64,000 nt of DNA from Neodothiora populina (taxonomy: Eukaryota), in assembly GCF_041146345.1 (NCBI RefSeq), contig NW_027191407.1:248001-312000 (forward strand). The letters run 5' to 3'. The first letter of the stretch is position 1, and the number at the start of each line of letters is the position of its first letter. Shown here piece by piece: positions 23,925 to 34,722 of this stretch. The notes beneath the pieces were generated by a model. That model saw only the letters and a list, made by a program, of their open reading frames with translations, did not search any database and had not been told where the DNA came from. Position numbers and translations under genes: made by a program.

Positions 23925-25325
23925 TCACCCAGCCGTGCTTCGCTGCAGCTCCGCATTGTACTGGTTCAAGCGCTTCATCTTCATCTGCACAAACTCTGCA
24001 ATGTCTGACTTGCTTGGAAATCCCGACTTGTCCAGGCCCTTGGCCTTGAGAGCGTTCTCGACTTTTTGCCACAGCCACTCCTCATCAAACAAGAAAGAGT
24101 GTTGAAGCAATGCAGTAATCCAGAACTCTCCATCTATAAGACTGCGGCGCATTAGGCTCGACATACGTGATTCTGATGGCAAATTCAAGGTCTTTTCGGT
24201 CTGCATAACCTCTTCTTCATCCTCGAGGGATTTGATGAAAATCTGGAGTTTCTTTTCGTAGATTGCATCGTCCTTTGCACTCCACAATGCCGGCTTCAGT
24301 AAAATCAGCCAAGTAGGTGGGGAAAACAGGAACTGATATGGAGCAGAATAAGTCCACTCCCAATCGATCACGCCGGTAATCTGCATCGTGTCCGCGTCGA
24401 CCAGAATATTGGCAGCTCTCAGATCGTCACAATACAATTTGAAGGGTCTTGTATTGAACTTGGTGGATACGAAGTGGCGTACAGTTTCTTGTTTACATAT
24501 TTGCGTTCGGCGTCTTCAGCATCATCAACCGAGTTTCTCTGCTCATTCAGATGCACTAGATTCTGCTGTACGAGATTGTCCATATACTCGGCAGTTGTCT
24601 GAAAGGGTGCGAGCTTGTGATCTGTGACTAGTTCAATTAGGCATAGTAGATTGGTACAATACAAAATTACCATCAGTCACGACATAACCATCCCCTTCTA
24701 TGTCGTTCACTTTCATCGTCATAGGTCTGGAGGTAATCGACCAAGATGTTGATCCGTCATCATACTCTACTGCTGACAGAGCCCCGATTTTGTCGAAATC
24801 ATACAGCGATAGTTCCAAGTAGATGCGAGCCATCTGGCGATAGATCTTGTAGAACGTCTCGTCATCGATGTCATCACGCAGTACCGCTCCCCACGGTGGT
24901 TGAGGGACCCGCTCCATGACACTTGTGAGCGATATCCCTTGAATCCATTCCGTTATAACAAATGGACCAATCTCAATATTGTCGTCATCCATAGCTGTGC
25001 CAAAAGCTACAATCCTTGCGACCGGCACTCGAGTCTTTTCTTTCAGGAATTTCAAGATTGCAACCTCTCGACGTACCTTCTCTTCCCGGTGCATCACGCG
25101 TCCGGCCACGGCAAAGCGCACTGCCCACGCTACGCCATCGTCGAAAACTACCTTGTAGCAGATATTGAATGATCCGTTGTTCTTCTGTACGCACAGGCAA
25201 GCTTGATTATCTCGATAGCTAGAAGCAAGCCGCTGCACGCCCTCAGGGCCAAATTTGTCTAAGATTTGCCCACACCACTTCTCGGTAGCGTCAAAGTGTG
25301 TACGGTTGACCTCATCCTCATCCAT
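23925..25325 (-). pseudogene. APH/choline-kinase-like phosphotransferase with an apparent frameshift near 24482
   Basis: GSFNICYKVVFDDG..WAVRF, EKVRREVAILKFL, PFVITEWIQG, Brenner motif CDDLRAANILVD, GVIDWEW. One normal intron at about 24622-24670. The reading frame changes between KKL and VRHFVSTKFNTRPFKLYCDD. Confidence 0.7.
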
Positions 25326-26034
25326 ATTTTCGGTGAGTAGTTTGGTAGACTAGAGGCGGCGCCTGATTGAAAGATATAGAAGAGGGTCAATCCGACGTTG
25401 GATCTGTGATCCTGAAATTCATCGATATGCAAGCATATTGTTTTGGAGCCCAGCAGACCGTCACAATCCTTGGCAGCGCTCGTGCTGCTACCCTGCAGGA
25501 ACTATTCATTTGTCTGTTCACTCACTTTCGTGTAGCATTTGCATCAAAAAGGCAGCCTGCAGGAGTGCCATGGGTAAGGTGTGAAGCAATTCAGTCTGGA
25601 CTGGATCATTTATGCAACGACTGGTGTTAAACCATCGTGCGATTGCCAGATCGAGCATGAATAGACATCTCGATTCACAAGACTGATGCTATTCATGATC
25701 CATCAAAACACTGCCTAGATTTGTACAACCAGTTCAATGTTACATTTTTGGGGTGTAAGGTAAGGAGGCAAGTGCGAATGTTGTTTGAACGTAATGAGCA
25801 ACCTGGTCTGTGCTGTGGAGTCCTCCCAGGGTTAGCTTGCTCAGGGACATGATCTAGGCAAGTCCGGTATCAACCCCGAAGTTACGCTCAATAATAAAGC
25901 CTTCTACTACCTAACCAATTTGACAATATCTTCTCATCGACCACAGCAGACACCCATATCGCAGGATTCGAATCGCATATATCAGTCCAGTCGTTCAGCG
26001 GTGCATCCGGCCTACGGGCCTTCTCGCGATCATC

Positions 26035-27435
26035 ATGGCGCGCTTCATACCCAAATTCCCAAGGCGCTTGCCACATTTCCATATTCCATTCTTTCGGATA
26101 TTCTACAGTACTACCTATACCTTTCTGTACTTGTTGACGTTGATCATGTTGTCAATCAATCCGGCTGTCATGATCTATACCGCATTCGACGAGGACACAT
26201 ATCAATACGTCTTTGAGATTGGTGGTGTTTATATTCTTACCGCTGTTCTAGCCGTGTTCATTTACCTCAGCAGACTGTATACCAATCGCTCGGTCATGGC
26301 TGCGGTCGGCAAGAGTTACATTCCCGTTGAGGAGGGCGAAGTGCCTTACAAGGTTCGCAAGATGATCGTCCGCAAACTGGAGAGGAGTGCTGTTATAGCT
26401 CTGGAATCTCGGCCACGGCATCTCACAGAAAACGTATCTAATGTCACTACCACCTCAAGTGCCGTGACTAACGAGAAAGTACTCGCCCATCCTACTGTCG
26501 GTCGTGTGCTCAAGATTGACCCACGTTCTCCACCTTGGGGCCGCATTCAGCATCCCGGATGGTCGTCACCGTCATCGAGCGACACCAATCTGGCTCCCCA
26601 CGTCCAGTTTCGCACTGTCATCCTCGAGTTGCCGAACCTCATTGAAGCTCGCGCGGTTTCGTTGGCCCCTCCTGATCCGTACGCGACGCCGACCGGCGCA
26701 CAGTATGCTGATCCTGTCGTACCTGATCCTGTCATCGTTGAAATACTTCAACGCAAGGCTCATACGGACCTGCGCGCATATCTCGGTCAGTTGTCAGAAC
26801 TTGGTGTTCTGGGAAATCCTGAACTTGGCGACGATTTTCTCTGGCAATACGAGCGCGCAAGGTTCTCATGCGTGCCCTTGAAGGAAGCGCAATTCGAGGA
26901 CTTGATGGAAAGCTTTGCTTTCCTATTGACAAGTATGCAAGAAGTCCGGCCTACGATTGTCGGCGAAGCAAGGGCCGATCGACTCGCAGTTGACAATGCA
27001 GACACATTATCCATCTCTGTGAAAAGTTCATCATCTTCTAGCATGCATTCCAGCATAGCAGGCTCGGTGCGAAGAGTGACGCCCCGTCCGCTGACAAAGG
27101 GGTCCAGTCTATACAGAAGCGGCACGTTGGACTCTTACGATACAGCACCTACATCTGCTATGCGATCGCGAACACCCGGTGCTTTCAGCATTCAAACAGA
27201 CAACACTACAGACAAATTCAGACCCGAGACGGCCATCACCAATTTCTCCACGCTGGGGTCTGATATGAAGCGCCAAGTTAGCAGGGAAACCTTTGGCTCT
27301 CTCGGATCGGTACTGAGAACCCCTGCTTTGGCAGATAGTTTGTCTGTCAGCAGTGGGAGTAGTAAAGAACACAGTCTGCGCAGCAGGAGCATGAGAAGTT
27401 ATGCGGGAAGCGTGATCAGACATTCAGGGACTTGA
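26035..27435 (+). CDS. DLT1: Defect at low temperature protein 1-like membrane protein
   Basis: Two N-terminal TM segments, SRLYTNRSVM..VGKSYIPVEEGEV, PPWGRIQHPGW, YERARFS, Ser-rich tail. Confidence 0.78.
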   Translation: MARFIPKFPRRLPHFHIPFFRIFYSTTYTFLYLLTLIMLSINPAVMIYTAFDEDTYQYVFEIGGVYILTAVLAVFIYLSRLYTNRSVMAAVGKSYIPVEEGEVPYKVRKMIVRKLERSAVIALESRPRHLTENVSNVTTTSSAVTNEKVLAHPTVGRVLKIDPRSPPWGRIQHPGWSSPSSSDTNLAPHVQFRTVILELPNLIEARAVSLAPPDPYATPTGAQYADPVVPDPVIVEILQRKAHTDLRAYLGQLSELGVLGNPELGDDFLWQYERARFSCVPLKEAQFEDLMESFAFLLTSMQEVRPTIVGEARADRLAVDNADTLSISVKSSSSSSMHSSIAGSVRRVTPRPLTKGSSLYRSGTLDSYDTAPTSAMRSRTPGAFSIQTDNTTDKFRPETAITNFSTLGSDMKRQVSRETFGSLGSVLRTPALADSLSVSSGSSKEHSLRSRSMRSYAGSVIRHSGT

Positions 27436-28716
27436 GATCAGACGATAAGTGAGACAAAAAAAGTGCGGATGTGCAAGAATTTTGATGACAGAGCTACTGT
27501 CTCCCCGAACCATCCCTGCTTTCCATGTCGAAATGCCATTTGACCCCCAAAGGCTATGGTACCCGATCATGGGTCCCACGGGACACCTACTATGCGAGAT
27601 ATTTGAGAAGCACTAATACCGAAGCTATTCGTTCCCATTCTATGGGCACAGATAGTAAGACTCGCTTCGTCAGGGACACGACCTGCCAAGATTGCCGAAA
27701 CAAGACATTGTCTTACTACCACGCACGAAGTGGAGATCTTTCGTACAAGGTGCGGGTGTCGTCTAAGAGCTCCTGCAAAGCATACGAAGTGCAGGCTTCT
27801 TCATATGTCAACGCGGGCAAGCTCGTCAGCTACGCAAAGCTATCAGATCGGGCTATCTACGGCGGTAGGCTCGCCAACCATATATCACCTTCACATTGAA
27901 TGCGGGATATCAAAGATGGTTGCTTGGGAACGACCGCTTCTCACTGAACGTACGGGCAGATGGCGGTCGCAATGGTGCAAACTGGACAGCCGATCGTCAA
28001 ACGTCTTATGCGCTCAGCCACGCAGATCCGTAATCCATAGACTCAGTAAGGTCATCAACAGACAGGCACGATCAGATGGAAGGAGAATAGGAAGTAGGGG
28101 TTTTAACTTTAGAGCAGCAACTTCAAAACGTAGCTGTTCCAATAACTTTTGGTTTCCGCACCAATATTGCGAGGCAAATATGGACAGGTTTACTACTACA
28201 TGCCTACGTGGACGGACGTTCTATGCTACTGCCTCCCAAAGCACTCTTGAAAGGCGTCTATAGACGTTTATATTAAGCTATACAGGAACTGGTAAGCGCA
28301 GTCGTCGCTACCCAGCAGAAATCTAGCAGATATATAAACTTCCGTCGAGATGTACAGCATTTACTTCAAGTGATATTTTTGATACCTTGACATTTCATGC
28401 AGTAGTGGTTCATCACTATCGACAGCCATGTGGCTTGTGGGGAAACGTGAGATCGACTCAAGTGGAGCACAGCAGCACGCACGATCTACCGTAGGCAGCA
28501 GCTACGTCAGCAGGGTCGAACACAAGCGCCGATCGAACCTTAGTCACTTGCGACTTTGAGAAAGTCGACTTTTGTGACAATACACATTTGCGACCGGAAA
28601 GTGCTCATACAATAGACAATTTATTACACCTGGATCCTTACATTATCATCTGTTTCGGTCAATACAGGACTCCACGGAAACGCAAATAATCGCAGGAGCG
28701 ACAGAAATCCCAGAAA

Positions 28717-29847
28717 ATGGCAGAAGCAGAACGAGCGAGGACGCCACCGAGGCGGACACACTCGGGCAACATGCCGCAATCCCCAATGACACCGCAGCAA
28801 GTACGAAAGATGGAGGAAGCGCGACTACGAGCGAAAGCCTTGAGGATCCAGCAGCAAGCGGCGAGCACGGAAGCGCAACCGAACCGTACGCCGTCGGGGT
28901 TCATAGCGGGTGACAAAAGACCGGCGAGTGCGATGTCAAAGTCCTCTGTTGTGCCGCCTACTCAGCGTGATGCGAGGAATACGCCTGGACCGGATGGATC
29001 AGCAGGAGCAGCAGCGGCTCGAGATATGGGGATTCAGCCTGCGAAGAAGTTCCAGAAATTCGTCGAGTACGATTTCAGTAAGATGGTGGATACAAAGGGT
29101 GGGTTCTTGTCGGTCGAGGATGATCCTTTCAACCGCGCTTTGCATACGCCGAATCAGGAGGAGAAGCCGGCGAACATGACGCTACGGGAATGGGAGCGCG
29201 CACAACTGTTGAAAAAGCTGCGCGATCAGAAAGCCGGGCCTTTCGAGCCAGGGTTGAGTTCGTTGGGCGAGAAGAGAGAACAGAAGAAGTGTCACGAGTG
29301 CGGTAGTCCTGAGATTGATTGGACATGGGATGAAATATTTGGCACGCAAGTGTGTAATGCGTGCAAGGACAAAGTGCCCGAGAAATATTCACTACTCACC
29401 AAAACGGAAGCAAAGGAAGATTATCTCCTTACGGATCCGGAATTGAAAGACGAGCAGCTGCTGCCACATCTTGAGAAGCCGAACCCTCATAAAGCCACAT
29501 GGAACAACATGATGCTCTATCTACGATACCAGGTCGAAAAGTATGCTTTTAGCGAGAAGAAGTGGGGCAGTTCGGAAGCATTAGATGCTGAGTTCGCGAA
29601 GAGGCAGGCCGACACAAAAGCGCGGAAAGAGAAGAAGTTCAAGAGGAAATTGAACGACCTCAAGCGTAGAACAAGAGTCGACGCATATAAGCGACAGAAG
29701 GCGGGCATCGAAGGTGGCAATTTCGGAGATGCACTAGGTGGCAAGCACGAGCATGACTGGGGTAGAGCTGTCGAGGATCCTGATACTGGCATGTCTGTCA
29801 AGACTTGTGTCGAGTGTGGCATGGAGATCGAGGAACTGGAGTTATGA
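28717..29847 (+). CDS. RAD14: Nucleotide excision repair protein Rad14/XPA
   Basis: EYDFSKMVDTKGGFL, C4 zinc finger CHECG...VCNAC, KYSLLTKTEAKEDYLLTD, KPNPH, C-terminal HEHDWG...CVECG. Confidence 0.96.
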   Translation: MAEAERARTPPRRTHSGNMPQSPMTPQQVRKMEEARLRAKALRIQQQAASTEAQPNRTPSGFIAGDKRPASAMSKSSVVPPTQRDARNTPGPDGSAGAAAARDMGIQPAKKFQKFVEYDFSKMVDTKGGFLSVEDDPFNRALHTPNQEEKPANMTLREWERAQLLKKLRDQKAGPFEPGLSSLGEKREQKKCHECGSPEIDWTWDEIFGTQVCNACKDKVPEKYSLLTKTEAKEDYLLTDPELKDEQLLPHLEKPNPHKATWNNMMLYLRYQVEKYAFSEKKWGSSEALDAEFAKRQADTKARKEKKFKRKLNDLKRRTRVDAYKRQKAGIEGGNFGDALGGKHEHDWGRAVEDPDTGMSVKTCVECGMEIEELEL

Positions 29848-29998
29848 CCCACCTGCTGGTCTATCGTAGTGAAGATGTAGCAGCAGTGAATCCACTTCGA
29901 TATTCTTGCACTTCGTGTCTGTTTCCTGGGAATCGTGGAGAGGCGTCGCGCAAAGATGGCCATGTCGCTCATTGTGTAGTGAACGGACTTATATGAAG

Positions 29999-30784
29999 TC
30001 ATCCTCTGCAGATTCGGATGATGCAGAGTCTCTCCCATCCTGCCTTCTTGCCACTCGAACCCACAGTCTCGGCCAACCAACCTCCTGGCCATTGTCTGAT
30101 GCGCTCTTTGACCTGTTCAGGTTTATTCTGAGAACACAACAACACGAATGCGACTCCTCTGTCTTTACTCAGCACCGTCGGTAGCTGATCAAGTAAACGA
30201 TCCGTGATCTCCATCCCGTCAGCACCACCAGCGTACGAGAGTGCAAGCATATGTGAGTCCCTCTCGAATGCCTCAGTCGAAGACAGAGCTGCATCCATAG
30301 TATTGTATCGACCATGCCGCTCCAGATCCGGTAGTTCAGACGGCACATAGGGAGGGTTGAATATCAAGACATCAATACTGTGAGGTACAAAGCAGGCTGT
30401 GAGATCCCCGTTAAGAACATCCAGTAATTGCCCCTGGGATACGCTTCCAGAGGCCTCACCTTTCCGTGCTTCGTCTACGGCACGAGTGACGGTCTCGCTC
30501 GCCGCCGTGCAGGCATAGGTGTTGATATCACAGCCGACAGCGAGAACGTCGGTTCTACCAAAGATGGTCTTTGCATTGGCAGTCGCGAACGCCAGTACAA
30601 CGCCAGATCCTGGACCTACTTCGAGGACGATTGGCGCAGCCGGAGAGTTGTTCCGGTCGAATCGCTCATGCAGATACTTTGTTTCAGTCGCAGATGAAAG
30701 CGTGTCTAGTAGTAAATATGAGTCTTCAGCTGGCTCATATATGCGATCATACGACACGTGAGAGGTATCAGGCGTCGGAAGCAT
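29999..30784 (-). CDS. MTQ2: eRF1 glutamine methyltransferase catalytic subunit (HemK2/N6AMT1)
   Basis: MLPTP, YEPAEDSYLLLD, LEVGPGSG, FNPPYVP, SYAGGADG, AGWERL. Confidence 0.93.
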   Translation of the reverse strand: MLPTPDTSHVSYDRIYEPAEDSYLLLDTLSSATETKYLHERFDRNNSPAAPIVLEVGPGSGVVLAFATANAKTIFGRTDVLAVGCDINTYACTAASETVTRAVDEARKGEASGSVSQGQLLDVLNGDLTACFVPHSIDVLIFNPPYVPSELPDLERHGRYNTMDAALSSTEAFERDSHMLALSYAGGADGMEITDRLLDQLPTVLSKDRGVAFVLLCSQNKPEQVKERIRQWPGGWLAETVGSSGKKAGWERLCIIRICRG

Positions 30785-31086
30785 GTCACCGTGGCTTGTT
30801 TCTCGGTGGTTGAAATCAATCCCGTGTAATAAATTCGGACTCGAGTTCTAAAGATGTTTGGACAGAAATAATATGGTATACAGAAGAAAAAGGGTCTTGC
30901 TGTGTTTCGTCGCGTCGGATTAGAAAAGTAAACGCCGGCCTACAAAGATGGTGACGTCGACCTCGGCGAAGAGAGTATCATCGTTTTATGTTCGCCGCTC
31001 CGCAATTAATGCTATCGATCGTATTTGCATCTCTACTCGATTTTATATATCCGTAGCCAATTCAGCATTCGGTGTGATTATCAGAT

Positions 31087-31615
31087 ATGCGCGTCTTCTC
31101 GAGACTTCTTGCTGCTCCATCAAGTGTCGGCACCCCGGCAGGTGGTTTGAGGACGGTTCCTCATGCTCTTTTGCCTCCAATCCCGCTATACCGACGGCTC
31201 CTCCGCACGCATCGAAAGCACCTACCGAAGGAGATGCGACTGTTAGGAGATGAGTACGTCAAGAGCGAGTTCCGGGCACATCAAAAGATCGATAACCCCG
31301 TCCACATTGTGAGGCTGGCGTAGCATGTTTACAAGCAACATTAATTGACTTGTACCTCAGATCGGTTTTCTCACGGAATGGCAAATGTACGCTCAGCAGC
31401 TGGAAGGCGACAGTTGGCGAGGCGACAAGATGGACAAAGCCAAGATTGACAAGATGAGTGGTAAGCTGGATGTTTGCACCATTGGGAACCATTGACTATG
31501 ACTGATCGCTGCAATAGATCAACAACTCGGTCAACTCTACGAGCTGATGAATGCGATCCGAGCGCAAGAGTTGGAAGAAAATGATCCCACGGAGAACCCC
31601 TCGAGCAAAGAGTAA
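31087..31615 (+). CDS. SDH7: Succinate dehydrogenase assembly factor 3 (Acn9/Sdh7, LYR family)
   Basis: [42 protein letters not shown]. Two introns at about 31309-31360 and 31461-31518. Confidence 0.93.
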
Positions 31616-32281
31616 TGAGAAGAATTGGCCAAGAAAAGTAGTGAATTACTTTGGTATCGTGATCGAACTTCACATGACGCCATACCTCTCCCAATCATGC
31701 TGGACGACATGATGACGGTCGGAATGGTCTAGCACACTGCACATGACGCTAGAAATTGATACGACTGTATCCACGAGGCTTAGGTGTGAGAACGGCGGGA
31801 GTAGGAGAATAGTGGTAGATCCGCGTGGTCTTGAGGGACAAGAGGATTCGATGCAGAACCTATTAAATAAGGTAATGATAAAATGGGAAACATATTGGCA
31901 CTTGTAAAAGCTTCAAGGCATTCGCATGCCTTGTCCAAGATAGATACGGCAAGTCCAGTCCATATTCCAGCCGTCTGTACTGGTGGAGACGTGCATGCGC
32001 TTGCTGGGATGTTGCTTCTACACAGTTGGTGAACCAATGACTCTAATGAAGACCCGAGGACAGAAAGTATTCGTACAAGCGTGCAGGGTTAGGGTTTGAT
32101 GTTCTTCCAGAAGTTCTGGGGAAATCATCGTAGGAGTTTCTGACAATTGCCGTCACCTCCGCCAAGACCTGTAATCGATACTGTTTTACTCCATCTTCAT
32201 TCCTCCATCTTGTTCCTCTCGTCCGACTTGAGTTTCGACATTGGCTCAGTGTGTATGTCATAACTTGCCATAATCCCGAAC

Positions 32282-33338
32282 ATGACTTCACTATTCATCC
32301 CGACCAGACACGCATACCGATGCTCCGCGCCAGTCCTGCGGACATTCCAGCGAAGATGGGCTCAAGTGCACGATATACGGTTTTTGGCCACTCACAACAA
32401 GCCGGAGAAGAAGGTGTTGGACAAGTACAAGGCAAAGCTTGAGCAAAAGGCAAAGCAGTAAGAGACGAGACGATACGCGATGAACAATAGACAAAGGGCA
32501 CCAGTCATACTGACTGTTGTCGCTCAGAGAAGGCCTCGGAGACATCAACGAGTTGAAGGAGGTTTACAAGGACAAGATTGAGACGTTGCGCAAGAAAGCC
32601 ATTGTCGCCGGCGCAGACGCATTCTTGCATGCAGAGAACACCCCGAACACAGCTTCATCAGCGGCATCAGTAGCAGCGGCGACTTCGCCTAAGAACATAC
32701 CCTTTCAGCCACCGCCACCACCGCAACCACAAGCCGCAGCAGGAGCGCAACCAACAAAGCCCTCCCACGAGGCCAAGGCAGGAATCAAGACCCTCGACTC
32801 CTTTGTCGACGTCGAGAAGATGCTAGATCTACCGCGGAAAGAAATCGAGTATCTGTGGAGATTACGACACGCGAGCACACCCAACTCTCTCTGCGCCACC
32901 ATCCCTCTAGAGGTTTACGAGAAGATTGCAAGCACGGCGAAGAAACATCCCCAGTTCATTCTGCCTCTGCCGCGAGAGGGTCAGGGTGCCGAGATTCACT
33001 TTCTGCAATGGACATTCCCTTCTCCGACCACGGCAACCGTACTCTTCACCCATCTAGCCGAGTTCAAGCTCCGTGGCGAGTTTGCACAACCGCATACGAC
33101 TCTCACACACCACCTTGATCTAGCTGACCCGAAGGGACTCGTGCTGCTCGAAGGTCTAGTGACGGAAGACAGAGGCGTGACCGTCGACGAGAGCAAATGG
33201 TTACTCATGTGCCTGCAGAAGTTTTACGGTCAGACTTCGGAGGAGTCGCCGAGAAAGAAGTTGATGGAGCAATTCAGCCAGGGCGATACGTCCTTCAAGG
33301 TCGAGGAATTACTAGAGGAGGCGGAGAAGATTGTGTAG
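32282..33338 (+). CDS. ATP11: F1-ATPase assembly factor Atp11
   Basis: MTSLFIPTRHAYRC presequence, RRWAQVHDIRFLATH, intron 32458-32527, PQFILPLPRE, IHFLQW, LFTHLAEFKLRGEFAQPH, LQKFY. Confidence 0.94.
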
Positions 33339-33874
33339 AGATATTGGTCCAAGTAGGAGATCCCATGAATGGGACTGTAGTGTACATTGTAGTGTACAAG
33401 AAGACTTTGGTCCGTCAATTGCAGGACGCATTTCGTCGTGATATTGGTTGAAGCCGAGGTGTAAGGTCGCCTTGCCACTTTCCTGTACGTCTATAGCCTT
33501 TCCGTAAGTCTTTAGCGTTGGTGACACTTCCGAACAATCTGAGCCTTGTCCTATGAAGTATGACTCCGATCAACCATGGGAGCTGAGTATCGGACACGAT
33601 GCAGTACTTTGACTCGGAGTATAGTCCAGTGTTCAAAGGATGGAAGCGATGCTGTATGATAATGACTACCTACAAATTAATACAGGCAATCACAGCCGAA
33701 GCTCAACGCGGGGCAATTTGTACATACTCCGCAGCCCCAGGAACGTCACCAGCAAAATAAATTTATGCCCGAACGACGATCAACCCTTGTCGCCTCTTAC
33801 ATACGACGGCACCCAACCATCCATCTACACCCGCAAACACCCACTCTTAGACAGAACAAAAAGGCAACCCAGAT

Positions 33875-34591
33875 ATGGCGACCATAACCATCGACCGCCT
33901 CCTAAACCTCGTCCCCGACCAACCGCAAACAGTCCTAACCCACATCCAACAAACGCCATCGCTAGCCTCAGCACAAGATTCCCACGGCTACTCCCTCCTG
34001 CACGCCAGCGTCTCCTACAACCAAGCCTTGCTCCTACGAGCGCTGGTGCGCGACTTCGACGCCGACATCAACCTGCGCGACGAAGACGACGAAACCCCGC
34101 TCTTCGCAGCCGAGAACGTGGATATTGCGCGCGTGGTGCTCGAGGAGCTAAACGGGGATGCGAGCGCGAGGAACAGCGAGGGCCAGACGGCTGCCGAAAA
34201 GATGAGCGAGGAGAACGAGGCGCCGGTCGTCGCGGCGTATATCCGCGACTTCGTCGCTGGGGCCGCGGTCGGAGGGGCGGTTAGTGGTGCGTCGGTGACG
34301 CAGGTTGGCGTGCATGTTAACGGGGGTGCGAGTGGGAATGGCATTGCGCCGCCGCCGCCGTTGCCTCAGGGGGTCAATATTGAGATGGGCACTATGACCG
34401 AGGGAGACCAGAATGCTGTTGGAGAGCCGGATCCGGAGATCAGGAGGCGCATTGAGGAATTGGCTGCTAGACCGGACTTTGAGAGCGAGGAGACGCAGGC
34501 TGAACTCAGGCGGCTGGTCACTGATGCGTTGGGCGGTTATTCTGCACAGGCTGCTGATTCGGGACGGGAGACAAAAAGGAGAGCGGAGTAG
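33875..34591 (+). CDS. Ankyrin-repeat protein (YCR051W-like)
   Basis: QDSHGYSLLHASVSYN, DINLRDEDDETPLFAAE, ARNSEGQTA; C-terminal PDPEIRRRIEELA. Confidence 0.8.
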   Translation: MATITIDRLLNLVPDQPQTVLTHIQQTPSLASAQDSHGYSLLHASVSYNQALLLRALVRDFDADINLRDEDDETPLFAAENVDIARVVLEELNGDASARNSEGQTAAEKMSEENEAPVVAAYIRDFVAGAAVGGAVSGASVTQVGVHVNGGASGNGIAPPPPLPQGVNIEMGTMTEGDQNAVGEPDPEIRRRIEELAARPDFESEETQAELRRLVTDALGGYSAQAADSGRETKRRAE

Positions 34592-34722
34592 AAGGAAATG
34601 AAAAGAGAAATGCCTACATGACTAATTATCGAGTTGAGCGTAAATGCTAGATCATTGCTCGCCATGTGAAAACGAAAGAAGAAGATTCGTTACTCGTTCC
34701 CCGACCAAGAAAAAAAAATCCT

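Noticed and set aside
31709..31775. ATGATGA downstream of SDH7 as a box C
   Set aside because: No box D CTGA at a suitable distance and no terminal stem.
32085..32096. AGGGTTAGGGTT (two telomeric repeat units) as a telomerase RNA template
   Set aside because: The intergenic space is only about 660 bp, too small for a typical filamentous-fungal telomerase RNA. At most a telobox-type promoter site for ATP11, or chance.
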